64,000 bases of DNA, taken from NCBI GenBank assembly GCA_964574655.1, contig CAZNOH010000001.1, positions 201,852 to 265,851 on the forward strand, written 5' to 3'. The notes under the pieces were generated by a model, which was not told the DNA's origin, ran no database searches, and worked only from the letters and a program-made list of their open reading frames with translations. Position numbers and translations under genes: made by a program. Shown piece by piece: positions 55,867 to 64,000 of the stretch. This DNA is from an uncultured Candidatus Saccharibacteria bacterium (GTDB lineage: Bacteria; Patescibacteriota; JABMPQ01; JAQVVF01). The stretch's first letter is position 1; each line of letters starts with the position of its first letter.

Positions 55867-55923
55867 TTTAGATCCTTGATCTTTAATCATTGTGGTTAGA
55901 GATTTTTAACCTAAATTGAAATA

Positions 55924-56688
55924 ATGGAACAACAAAAATTAAAAGTAGCAATGGTTTCTTTGACTTCCTGCGAAGGATGTTATTTTAGCTTGCTTGATTT
56001 AGGAAATGAATTTTTAGAAATTGCTGACAAAATTGATTTAGTTAAATTTCGATTATTTGAAGAAAAAGAGCATTCTGAAAATGAAAAATATGATCTTGCG
56101 TTTGTGGAAGGCAGTCCGATTTCTAAAGAGAATTTTGATAAGTTGATTAATTTGAGATTGAGAACTAAAAAATTAATTATTTTGGGTGGATGTGCTCATA
56201 CTGGTGGAACATATGCAATGCGAAATCATACTGACAAAAAGAAAGCTTGTAAATATGTTTATCCTAAAACTAATAAAAAAGTTTTTAATCCAAAAATTTT
56301 AGAACTTTCTAAAGTTGTAAAAATTGACGGAATTATTCCAACTTGTCCGGTTAATCCTAGAGAATTTGTTAGATTTATGTCTTTTATCTTGAATAGTTTA
56401 ACGTTTAAAATTGTTGAAAGGCCAGTCTGTCATGAATGCCAATTAGCAGAGACTCCTTGTTTATTAAAAATGGGATTGCCTTGTTTTGGGCCAATGGCTC
56501 TTGGAGGTTGTGATGCGCCTTGTCCTCAAGCAGGAATGCCTTGTCAATTATGTCGTGGACCAATGAAAGAGATTGTTTGGGAAAATTTTGAAAAGAAAAT
56601 GAAAGAAATAATGGGTGCTGAAGTTTGGGAAAAAGATTATCATGAAATACTCGAGATTTTTAATGTGAAGGATAAAATTAATTGTTAA
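55924..56688 (+). CDS. [NiFe] hydrogenase small subunit, group 3 type (delta subunit; no Tat signal)
   Basis: N-terminal KVAMVSLTSCEGCYFSLLD, and more FeS Cys in the C-terminal half (CPVNPREF.., CHECQ, CFGPM..GGCDAPCP). Confidence 0.75.
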   Translation: MEQQKLKVAMVSLTSCEGCYFSLLDLGNEFLEIADKIDLVKFRLFEEKEHSENEKYDLAFVEGSPISKENFDKLINLRLRTKKLIILGGCAHTGGTYAMRNHTDKKKACKYVYPKTNKKVFNPKILELSKVVKIDGIIPTCPVNPREFVRFMSFILNSLTFKIVERPVCHECQLAETPCLLKMGLPCFGPMALGGCDAPCPQAGMPCQLCRGPMKEIVWENFEKKMKEIMGAEVWEKDYHEILEIFNVKDKINC

Positions 56689-56722
56689 ATTGTTTTATTG
56701 TTAAATCGTTAAATATTATTTT

Positions 56723-57052
56723 ATGGAAATTAAACAAGAGATTAAAAAACCAGAAGCTGTTAAAATAATTGTTGAAGATAACGGTAAAATTGTTGGCAGA
56801 GCTTATTTATATTTGATTAATAATGATTTGCATAAAGAGCCTTATGGATTGTTGGAGGATGTTTTTGTTGAAGAAAATCAAAGAGGAAAAGGAACTGGTA
56901 CGAAATTAGTTCAGGCAGTAATTGATGAAGCTAAGAAAAGAGATTGTTATAAATTAATTGCAACTAGTAGGAAATCAAGAGAGCAAGTACACGAATGGTA
57001 TTTGAAATTTGGTTTTGAAGATTATGGTTGTGAATTTAGGATGGAGTTATAA
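56723..57052 (+). CDS. GNAT-family N-acetyltransferase (small, 109 aa)
   Basis: Q/RxxGxG/A motif in NQRGKGTGTKLV. Confidence 0.5.
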   Translation: MEIKQEIKKPEAVKIIVEDNGKIVGRAYLYLINNDLHKEPYGLLEDVFVEENQRGKGTGTKLVQAVIDEAKKRDCYKLIATSRKSREQVHEWYLKFGFEDYGCEFRMEL

Positions 57053-57082
57053 AGTTGTAAAGTTTTTAAAGTTATAAAGTAA

Positions 57083-58387
57083 ATGAAAAAAATAATAAAA
57101 ATAAATCATCTAGCTAAAATGGAAGGGCATGCTTCGTTTGAAGGCAAGATTTTGGCAGGAAGAATTTTAGAAGCGCATATTATTACAGAAGAAGGCGCAA
57201 GATTAATTGAGGGAACATTGGTAGGCAGACATTATTCTGAAGCGTCGACGATTACTTCCAGAATTTGTGGGATCTGTCCAATTGTTCATCATCTAACAGC
57301 TGTGAAAGCTTTGGAAGAATGTTTTGATGTTAAAGTCAGCTCTGAAACTATAATGCTTAGAAAAGTTTTGGAATTAGCGCAAATAATTCATAGCCATACT
57401 TTGCATCTTTTCTTTTTGTCTTTACCTGATTTTTTGAATTATGATGATACAAAAAAGATGGCAGGTAGATATCCTAATGAAGCGCAGATGGCAATTGATA
57501 TTCGGAAATGGGCGACTGATTTATGTTTAGTAATTGGTGGTAGAATTACACATCCTTTGACAAATATGGTAGGCGGATTTAGGAAATGGCCCGAAGAAGA
57601 AAATTTAGAAAAATTTTTAGATGGTTCTGGTGATATTTTGGAGATGGCATTAAAAATCGCCCAATTATTTAGAGATTTAGATTATCCAAAGTTTGATAAT
57701 CTAGGAAACTTTATTGCGTTATCAAATGATACTGAATATGCAATCTATGAAGGCGAAGTTAAAATTTGGGAGACAAAGAAAAATTTAGCTAAAAAAATAT
57801 TTGGCAAGCAAATGAAAGGAATAAGTGCAACGAAATTTATTAAGAAAATTAAAGAAATAGAATTGCAAAATGAATTGGTAAAAAGAGTGAAGTATAATGG
57901 AAAGTCTTTTTTTTGTGGAGCATTAGCAAGGATTAATATCAATAAATATCTGTTGAATGAAGAGTCTTCAAAATTTTTAGAAACAACAAATATTGATTTT
58001 CCAACAGATAATACTTTTTATAATGTTTTAGCTCAAGCTGTTGAGGTTATTCATTGTGTTGAAGAAATCAGAAATTTATTGAGAGAATTAAAGAAGATAA
58101 ATTGGTTGAAGGCTAAAAATACGAGTTTTAAAATTAAGGCTGGCAAAGGAGTGGCTGCAATTGAGGCGCCGAGAGGGACTTTGTATCATTATTATGAAAC
58201 TGATAAAGATGGATATATTAAAAACTGTAATATAATTACGCCAACAGCGCAGTTTTTGGCAAAATTAGAAGATGATTTGAGTGTGTTTTTATCTGATGTT
58301 AAAAATTTGCCGGATTTGGAAAGAAAAAATAAAATAAAAATGATGATAAGGGCGTTTGATCCGTGTATTAGTTGCGCTACGCACTAA
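57083..58387 (+). CDS. [NiFe] hydrogenase large subunit (alpha), ending at the Ni-site His with no C-terminal extension
   Basis: N-terminal RICGICPIVHH (RxCGxC) and C-terminal DPCISCATH followed directly by a stop codon. Confidence 0.85.
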   Translation: MKKIIKINHLAKMEGHASFEGKILAGRILEAHIITEEGARLIEGTLVGRHYSEASTITSRICGICPIVHHLTAVKALEECFDVKVSSETIMLRKVLELAQIIHSHTLHLFFLSLPDFLNYDDTKKMAGRYPNEAQMAIDIRKWATDLCLVIGGRITHPLTNMVGGFRKWPEEENLEKFLDGSGDILEMALKIAQLFRDLDYPKFDNLGNFIALSNDTEYAIYEGEVKIWETKKNLAKKIFGKQMKGISATKFIKKIKEIELQNELVKRVKYNGKSFFCGALARININKYLLNEESSKFLETTNIDFPTDNTFYNVLAQAVEVIHCVEEIRNLLRELKKINWLKAKNTSFKIKAGKGVAAIEAPRGTLYHYYETDKDGYIKNCNIITPTAQFLAKLEDDLSVFLSDVKNLPDLERKNKIKMMIRAFDPCISCATH

Positions 58388-58419
58388 TTTTACAAATACA
58401 AAAAATAATTTAAAATATT

Positions 58420-58851
58420 ATGAAAAAACAAAATAGAAAAAAAATAAACAAGGATGTTACAGTCAGAAGTTTATCAGAAAAAATTGATAAGCGTTTTGAG
58501 CAAGTTGATAAGCGTTTTGATAAGATGATGAAAGTAATGGATAATAGATTTGGTGAGTTGTATAGTTTTTTACAAAAACACATGGTAACAAAAGAGGAAT
58601 TTAATGAAAGATTGTTGAAGTTGGAAAACAGAATTGAGAATATTGAACAAAATTATTCAACGAAGGATGATTTATTGAAAGTAAAAGATGAACTTTTGAC
58701 ATTAATGGATAAAATTATTAATGATTATAAAAAAGATAAACAAGAACATGCTTTTTTCAGTTATCATCTGGAAAGAATTGCAAAATTAGAATATCGGATT
58801 GATAAAATAGAGGGTAAGAAAGTTAAAGACTTAAAATTTACAAATGCATGA
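58420..58851 (+). CDS. Hypothetical coiled-coil protein
   Basis: 143 aa with heptad-like charged repeats. Confidence 0.35.
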   Translation: MKKQNRKKINKDVTVRSLSEKIDKRFEQVDKRFDKMMKVMDNRFGELYSFLQKHMVTKEEFNERLLKLENRIENIEQNYSTKDDLLKVKDELLTLMDKIINDYKKDKQEHAFFSYHLERIAKLEYRIDKIEGKKVKDLKFTNA

Positions 58852-59101
58852 CTTTCATGCGGCGGACAATTTATTAAAGATGGCACTTGAACATGCAAAG
58901 AAAAATAAACTGAGAAAAGTTGACAAAATTAAAATTGAATTAGGAAAATTTGTTGAGCATGGGCAAGAAATATTAGCAGATAATTTGAAATTTAATATTA
59001 AAATGTTGGCTAAAGGTACGATTGCTAAAAATGCAGAAATTGTTATTATTGAGAAACAAGGTGAAAGAGGCTATGAATTAGTAGAGATTGAAGGAGAATA
59101 G
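58844..59101 (+). CDS. Minimal HypA-like nickel metallochaperone lacking the zinc-finger domain
   Basis: MHDFHAADNLLKMALEHAKK parallels the HypA MHE-Ni site plus helix. The C-terminal YELVEIEGE parallels the HypA end. There are no Cys at all (HypA normally has CxxC..CxxC). Confidence 0.45.
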   Translation: MHDFHAADNLLKMALEHAKKNKLRKVDKIKIELGKFVEHGQEILADNLKFNIKMLAKGTIAKNAEIVIIEKQGERGYELVEIEGE

Positions 59102-59103
59102 AT

Positions 59104-59132
59104 GTAGAGACGTCCAATTTGGGCGTCTGTAC
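59104..59132. repeat. GTAGAGACG hairpin element, copy 5
   Basis: gtagagacgtccAATTTgggcgtctgtac. Confidence 0.55.
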
Positions 59133-59147
59133 TTAAAGATTTAAAGT

Positions 59148-60311
59148 ATGAATAAAAAAACAATCAAAGATATTGATGTCAAAAATAAAACAGTTTTAGT
59201 CAGAGCTGATTTTAATGTACCAATTAAAGATGGTAAGATTCTTGACGATTTTAAAATTAAAAAAAGCCTTGATACTATAAATTATTTGATTAAAAATAAT
59301 GCGAAAATTGTTTTGATGTCGCATTTGGGAAAGCCAAAAGGAAAGGTTGTTGAAGATTTAAGATTAGATTCGATTGCGAAAAGATTAAGTGAAATGTTAG
59401 AAAAAAAAGTTGAAAAATTAAATGACTGTATAGGGCAGGAAGTTAATGATAAGGTTAAGCAGGCGAAATTAGGTGATGTGATATTGTTAGAGAATGTTCG
59501 TTTTCATCCTGAAGAAGAGAAAAATGATCCAGAATTTGCTAAGAAATTGGCGAGTTTGGGAGAAATTTTTTGTGAAGATGGGTTTGGATCAGTACATCGC
59601 GCTCATGCATCTGTTTCAGGAATTGCTAAATTTTTGTCAGCTGTTGCAGGATTATTGTTGGAAAAAGAAGTTGATGTTTTGACAGAAGTTTTAGAGAAGC
59701 CAGATCATCCATATTTAGTGATTTTAGGTGGAGCAAAGATTTCAACAAAATTAAATTTGATTAATAAGCTAGCAAAACAGGCGGACAAGCTTTTGGTTGC
59801 AGGTGCATTGTCTAATACTATTTTTCTGGCGAATGGCGTGAATGTTGGCGGATCAATCGTGGAAAAAGAAATGCTAGAGCAAATTAAAAATACAGTTTTA
59901 AAAAATACTAACATTGATATTCCGATTGATGTAATTGTCGGAAAAGATAATGGCGATGGGACGAGAACTGTTGATATTGGGAATGGAATAAGCAGCGATG
60001 AATTTATTTATGATATTGGACCGAAAACAATTGATTTGTTTAAGAGAAAAATTGATAAAGCGAGATTAGTTGTTTGGAATGGGCCAATGGGAAAATTTGA
60101 GAATAAAAAATTTGCAAAAGGTACTGAGAATATTGCAAAAGAATTGGTAAGAGTTAAAAAAGCAGTTGTTGGCGGAGGAGAGACTTCAATGGCAATTCGA
60201 AAATTAGGCTTAGAAGATAAAATTTATTTTTTATCTACTGGTGGGGGAGCAATGCTGGAGTTTTTAGAGGGAAAACTAATGCCGGGAATAGAGTGCTTAT
60301 TAGATAAATAA
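59148..60311 (+). CDS. pgk: Phosphoglycerate kinase
   Basis: RADFNVP, and GGGA in the C-terminal domain. Confidence 0.95.
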   Translation: MNKKTIKDIDVKNKTVLVRADFNVPIKDGKILDDFKIKKSLDTINYLIKNNAKIVLMSHLGKPKGKVVEDLRLDSIAKRLSEMLEKKVEKLNDCIGQEVNDKVKQAKLGDVILLENVRFHPEEEKNDPEFAKKLASLGEIFCEDGFGSVHRAHASVSGIAKFLSAVAGLLLEKEVDVLTEVLEKPDHPYLVILGGAKISTKLNLINKLAKQADKLLVAGALSNTIFLANGVNVGGSIVEKEMLEQIKNTVLKNTNIDIPIDVIVGKDNGDGTRTVDIGNGISSDEFIYDIGPKTIDLFKRKIDKARLVVWNGPMGKFENKKFAKGTENIAKELVRVKKAVVGGGETSMAIRKLGLEDKIYFLSTGGGAMLEFLEGKLMPGIECLLDK

Positions 60312-60325
60312 AATTAATAATATTT

Positions 60326-61567
60326 ATGAAAATAATTAAGATTAGAGCCCGAGAAATTCTTGACTCAAGAGGTGAGCCAACTGTGGAAGTGCGTGTTGAT
60401 TTAGATGGCGGTAAATTTGGCATTGCTAGAGTTCCTTCTGGTGCTTCAACAGGAAAATATGAAGTATTAGAATTGAGAGATAAAGATAAAAAAAGATATG
60501 GCGGGAAAGGAGTGTTGAGAGCTTGCAAAAATGTTAATGATATTATTTCGCAAAGGCTGGTTGGATTATATGCAGATAAGCAAGAAAAAATTGATCGGAC
60601 TTTGATTGCATTAGATGGGACAAAAAATAAATCAAAATTAGGAGCAAATGCGATTCTTGGCGTGTCATTAGCATGTTGTGTAGCAGCAGCTAATTCTAAA
60701 GAAATCGAACTATATCAGTATATCGGCGAAATTTTTGGCAATGATAATTTTGTAATGCCGCAAGCATATTTTAATATTATCAATGGTGGAAAACATGCTG
60801 ACTCTGGATTAGATGTCCAGGAATTTATGATTGTGCCAAAAGCAGTTAATTTTTATGAAAAAGTGAGAGTTGGTTCAGAAATTTTTCATGCTTTGAAAGA
60901 TATTTTGCAAAGAAGAGAATATTCAATTAGTGTTGGTGACGAGGGTGGTTTTGCACCGAAATTAGATAGCAATGAACATGCAATTGAAACTATTTTGAAG
61001 GCAATCGAAGAGGCAGGATATAAGCCAGGAGCTGATGTAAATATTGCTTTAGATGTTGCTGCTTCTTCTTTCTATAGTAAGGAGAAGGGATATTGTTTGA
61101 ATTCTGGCAAGTGCATTGAATCAGATCATTTAATAGCGATGTTTTCGGATTGGATTAGCAAATATCCAATAAAAAGCATTGAAGATCCTCTCGCTCAAGA
61201 TGATTGGGAAGGTTTTAAAAAAATTACTGAAAAGTTAGGAGATAAAATTCAAATAATTGGTGATGATTTGTTTGTAACAAACATTGAAAGAGTAAAAAAA
61301 GGTATTGTTGAAAATTGCGCAAATTCTGTTTTGATAAAACCAAATCAAATTGGTACTTTGACGGAAACTTTTGAATGTATAAAATTAGCAAAATCAAAAG
61401 GCTATGCAACAATGGTTTCGCATCGTTCTGGCGAGACAACTGATACTTTTATTGCTGATCTTTGTGTTGGAACTAATGCCGCACAGATCAAGTCTGGTTC
61501 CTTGTCTCGTGGTGAAAGAGTTTGCAAATATAATCGGTTGATGGAGATTGAGGAGAAGCTTAAATAA
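60326..61567 (+). CDS. eno: Enolase
   Basis: ILDSRGEPTVEV, SHRSGETTD and IKPNQIGT motifs. Confidence 0.95.
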   Translation: MKIIKIRAREILDSRGEPTVEVRVDLDGGKFGIARVPSGASTGKYEVLELRDKDKKRYGGKGVLRACKNVNDIISQRLVGLYADKQEKIDRTLIALDGTKNKSKLGANAILGVSLACCVAAANSKEIELYQYIGEIFGNDNFVMPQAYFNIINGGKHADSGLDVQEFMIVPKAVNFYEKVRVGSEIFHALKDILQRREYSISVGDEGGFAPKLDSNEHAIETILKAIEEAGYKPGADVNIALDVAASSFYSKEKGYCLNSGKCIESDHLIAMFSDWISKYPIKSIEDPLAQDDWEGFKKITEKLGDKIQIIGDDLFVTNIERVKKGIVENCANSVLIKPNQIGTLTETFECIKLAKSKGYATMVSHRSGETTDTFIADLCVGTNAAQIKSGSLSRGERVCKYNRLMEIEEKLK

Positions 61568-61691
61568 TTTTTAATTTATAATTTCAAATTTTAAATAAAT
61601 TTTAAAATATTAATTTCAAAAATGTTTTTTGACGTTTGTTTTAAAATTATATTATTTAAAATTCAATTAAAATTTAAAATTTAAAATTTTT

Positions 61692-63281
61692 ATGATATAT
61701 AAACAAGCAGTTTTAATCATTTTGGATGGATTTGGTATTGCTCCACCAAGCAAGGGAAATTGTGTTATGCAAGCAAAGATGCCATATTATAATGAGTTAC
61801 TAAAAAATTATACTCATACAACAATTCAAGCTTCTGGCGAGGAAGTTGGTTTGCCATGGAGGGATATGGGAAATTCAGAAGTTGGTCATGGCAATTTGGG
61901 AGCAGGCAGAATTTCTTATCAAAGCTTGCCATTAATAAATACAGCAATTTTAAATAAGACTTTTTTTAAAAATGAAGCTTTAATGGGTGCGATTGAGCAT
62001 GTTAAAAAAAATAAGAGTAGTTTACATCTGATGGGTTTGGTCAGCTCTGGGGGTATTCATGCGCATATTGAACACTTGTTTGCGTTATTGAAATTAGCTA
62101 AGCAGAATAAAATAAAAAAAGTATATATTCATTGTTTTATGGATGGTAGAGATATGCCAAAGGATTCAGGCATAGATATGATTACAAAAATTGAAGAAGA
62201 AACGAGCGGATGGTTTTCAGTTGGCAAAATTGCAACAATGAGCGGTAGATATTATGTAATGGATCGTGATGATAATTGGGACAGAGTTGAAAAAGCTTAT
62301 AATGCGATGGTCGGAGCGTCGGAGCGTCGGAGCGTCGGAGCGTCGGAACCAAAGTTTTTTGCGAATCCAATTACGGCAATTAAAGATTCTTATGCTCACA
62401 AAGTTTATGATGAGCAGGTGGAGCCAGTTGTGATTGGAACAAAAGAAAAACCAGTAGCTAAGATTTCTAAAGGCGATTCAATAATATTTTTTAATTATAG
62501 AACTGATCGAGCCAGGCAAATTACTGAAGCTTTTGTTAGCGATGATTTTAAAGGTTTTAAACGTGAAAAAATAGAAGATTTATTTTTTGTTTGTTTTACA
62601 GAATATAAAAAAGGATTATGCAAAAATATTGCCTTTCAGCAGAAAGAAACTCCAAATGGTTTGTCAGAAACAATTAGCAAAAATAATTTAAAACAATTTC
62701 ATGTTGCAGAGACAGAAAAGTTTGCGCATGTGACTTTCTTTTTTAATTGCGGACAAGAAGAACCTTTTGCAGGAGAAATTCACAAAGTTGTAGCCTCGCC
62801 AAAAGTAGAATCTTATGACCAGAAACCAGAAATGTCGGCGCAAGGTGTAACTGAAGAAGTAATGAAAGCAATAAAAGAAAAATATAATTTTATCTTAATT
62901 AATTTCGCTAATCCAGATATGGTCGGGCATACCGGAAATATTTCTGCAACAATAAAGGGTTTGGATTTTGTTGATTCTTGTTTAAAAAAAATTGTGACAG
63001 AAGTTTTGAATAATAATGGCGTTGTAGTTTTGACAGCTGATCATGGTAATTGCGAGGAAAAAATTAATCTGCAAACTAGTAAATCAGAGAAACAACATAC
63101 TGCAAATCCAGTGCCTTTGATTTTAATTGGCAAAGGATTGGAACGAAAATCTGATAATACTGATTTGAGCTTGGAATCACCGACTGGAGCTTTAGCTGAT
63201 GTGGCGCCAACAATTTTAGCATTAATGGGAATTGAAAAACCGGTAGAGATGATAGGAATTGATTTAACTAAAGCGATATAA
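61692..63281 (+). CDS. gpmI: 2,3-bisphosphoglycerate-independent phosphoglycerate mutase (iPGM) carrying an internal GASERRSV repeat insertion
   Basis: iPGM motifs (LILDGFG, MGNSEVGH, ADHGN) and the full 529-aa length. Confidence 0.9.
   Translation: MIYKQAVLIILDGFGIAPPSKGNCVMQAKMPYYNELLKNYTHTTIQASGEEVGLPWRDMGNSEVGHGNLGAGRISYQSLPLINTAILNKTFFKNEALMGAIEHVKKNKSSLHLMGLVSSGGIHAHIEHLFALLKLAKQNKIKKVYIHCFMDGRDMPKDSGIDMITKIEEETSGWFSVGKIATMSGRYYVMDRDDNWDRVEKAYNAMVGASERRSVGASEPKFFANPITAIKDSYAHKVYDEQVEPVVIGTKEKPVAKISKGDSIIFFNYRTDRARQITEAFVSDDFKGFKREKIEDLFFVCFTEYKKGLCKNIAFQQKETPNGLSETISKNNLKQFHVAETEKFAHVTFFFNCGQEEPFAGEIHKVVASPKVESYDQKPEMSAQGVTEEVMKAIKEKYNFILINFANPDMVGHTGNISATIKGLDFVDSCLKKIVTEVLNNNGVVVLTADHGNCEEKINLQTSKSEKQHTANPVPLILIGKGLERKSDNTDLSLESPTGALADVAPTILALMGIEKPVEMIGIDLTKAI
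62311..62347 (+). repeat. Coding microsatellite: GC-rich 8-mer (tcggagcg) repeated 4.6 times
   Basis: tcggagcg x4 + tcgga, read directly from the sequence. It encodes GASERRSVGASERRSVGASE. Confidence 0.85.
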
Positions 63282-63299
63282 AGATATTAATTTTTAATT

Positions 63300-63866
63300 A
63301 TGAAAATAAAAATTGAAGTCAGTGCTCGACATATTCATTTGAGCCAAGAACATTTAGATCAACTTTTTGGAAAAGATCATAAATTAACAAAAAAGTTAGG
63401 TTTGTCGCAAGAAGGTGAATTTGCCTGTGAAGAAACTTTGAAAGTTGTGGGACCAAAAGGGAAAATTGAAAATGTCAGGATTATCGGACCTGTTCGATCA
63501 AAAACTCAAATAGAAGTTTCGAAAACAGATGGTTTTATGCTAGGCAATATTCCTCCTTTGTGTGTTTCTGGTGATGTTGTTGGTTCTGCACCTGTAAAAT
63601 TAGTTGGTCCTAACGGCTCCGTTGATTTATTGGAAGGCATGATCATTGTGATGAGACATGTTCATATATCTATTGGTAAAGCCAAAGAATTAAATTTAGA
63701 AAATGGGCAAAGAGTTTCTGTTTCTTGTCTAGGAGATCGAGGATTATTATTTGATAATGTTGTTGTTAGAGTTAAAGAAAATTTTCAATTCTTTTTTCAG
63801 ATTGATACTGATGAAGCAAATGCGGCTGGTGTTGAAAATGGAGATGTCGGGGAGTTAGTTGTTTAA
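63300..63866 (+). CDS. PduL-type phosphate acyl(acetyl/propanoyl)transferase
   Basis: Two internal repeats, each with an xRHxHxS motif (SARHIHLS and MRHVHISIG). The length of about 190 aa is typical of PduL. Confidence 0.65.
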   Translation: MKIKIEVSARHIHLSQEHLDQLFGKDHKLTKKLGLSQEGEFACEETLKVVGPKGKIENVRIIGPVRSKTQIEVSKTDGFMLGNIPPLCVSGDVVGSAPVKLVGPNGSVDLLEGMIIVMRHVHISIGKAKELNLENGQRVSVSCLGDRGLLFDNVVVRVKENFQFFFQIDTDEANAAGVENGDVGELVV

Positions 63867-63867
63867 T

Positions 63868-63957
63868 TTCTACCTGGCTTTAGCCAAGGGGTTTGAAAGC
63901 TTTAGCTTTCGTACCTGGAGCTAAAGCTCCACAACCCTTCAGCTAAAGCTGAGTAGA
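63868..63957 (+). repeat. 92-nt three-hairpin element, copy 2
   Basis: Its 5' outer arm is identical (26/26) to 50197-50222, and its 3' arm is diverged. The inner hairpins are gaaagc-ttta-gctttc and ggagc-taaa-gctcc: different sequences but the same structure as in copy 1. Confidence 0.6.
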
Positions 63958-64000
63958 AATTTGTAAATAATTTTATGAAAGAACAATTTGGTGAAAAAAT

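Noticed and set aside
59494-60528. Small ORFs inside or antisense to pgk and eno (59494-59682, 59705-59914, 60235-60528)
   Set aside because: They lie within conserved glycolytic gene frames.

Overview
This AT-rich (about 30% GC) window looks like a Candidate Phyla Radiation / Patescibacteria-type genome (basis: no rplD..rpmD L30 between S5 and L15, Lys-rich r-protein extensions, fermentative gene content).

The core is a long plus-strand ribosomal superoperon: rpsL-rpsG-[orphan membrane gene]-fusA-[Phd/YefM-like]-tuf-rpsJ-rplC-rplD-rplW-rplB-rpsS-rplV-rpsC-rplP-rpmC-rpsQ-rplN-rplX-rplE-rpsN-rpsH-rplF-rplR-rpsE-rplO-secY-[zinc-ribbon gene]-adk-map.

It is flanked by:
- a split ComEC, glycosyltransferases, ndk, nucleotide-salvage-like genes, a DEAD-box helicase, rpmB and two secreted propeller proteins;
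- a glycolytic block (tpiA, fba, pgk, eno, gpmI, PduL-type phosphotransacylase);
- a group-3 [NiFe] hydrogenase cluster. The beta/gamma and delta/alpha subunit genes are interrupted by [FeFe]-type maturase genes: a HydE carrying an N-terminal HypC domain, and a genuine HydG with the CX2CX22C motif. A HypA that lacks its zinc finger follows, and the large subunit ends exactly at the DPCxxCxxH histidine. I think this points to an undescribed hybrid hydrogenase-maturation system.

I found no tRNA, rRNA or CRISPR.

The intergenic DNA is dominated by several repeat families:
- arrays of 8-mer direct repeats phased 10-13 bp apart, starting immediately after stop codons (ACGCTGAT type and CGAATG / CGCAGAAT type);
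- a 30-bp GTAGAGACG...CGTCTCTAC hairpin family with compensatory inner-stem changes;
- a 92-nt three-hairpin element present twice, with covarying inner stems;
- a GGCGGACAAG hairpin/leader family and a shared terminator-TTGACA promoter module around a slightly GC-richer accessory segment (8.7-14.5 kb);
- AT-rich word palindromes built from TAAAGTT, AAAAGT, TAAATTGTTAA, TTAGAAAT and AATCCTAA.

Other oddities: a phosphoribosyltransferase with an in-frame TAG, an 8-nt GC-rich microsatellite inside gpmI, and a G7 tract upstream of a surface-protein gene.

All calls come from reading the sequence and the ORF translations. No database search was run.
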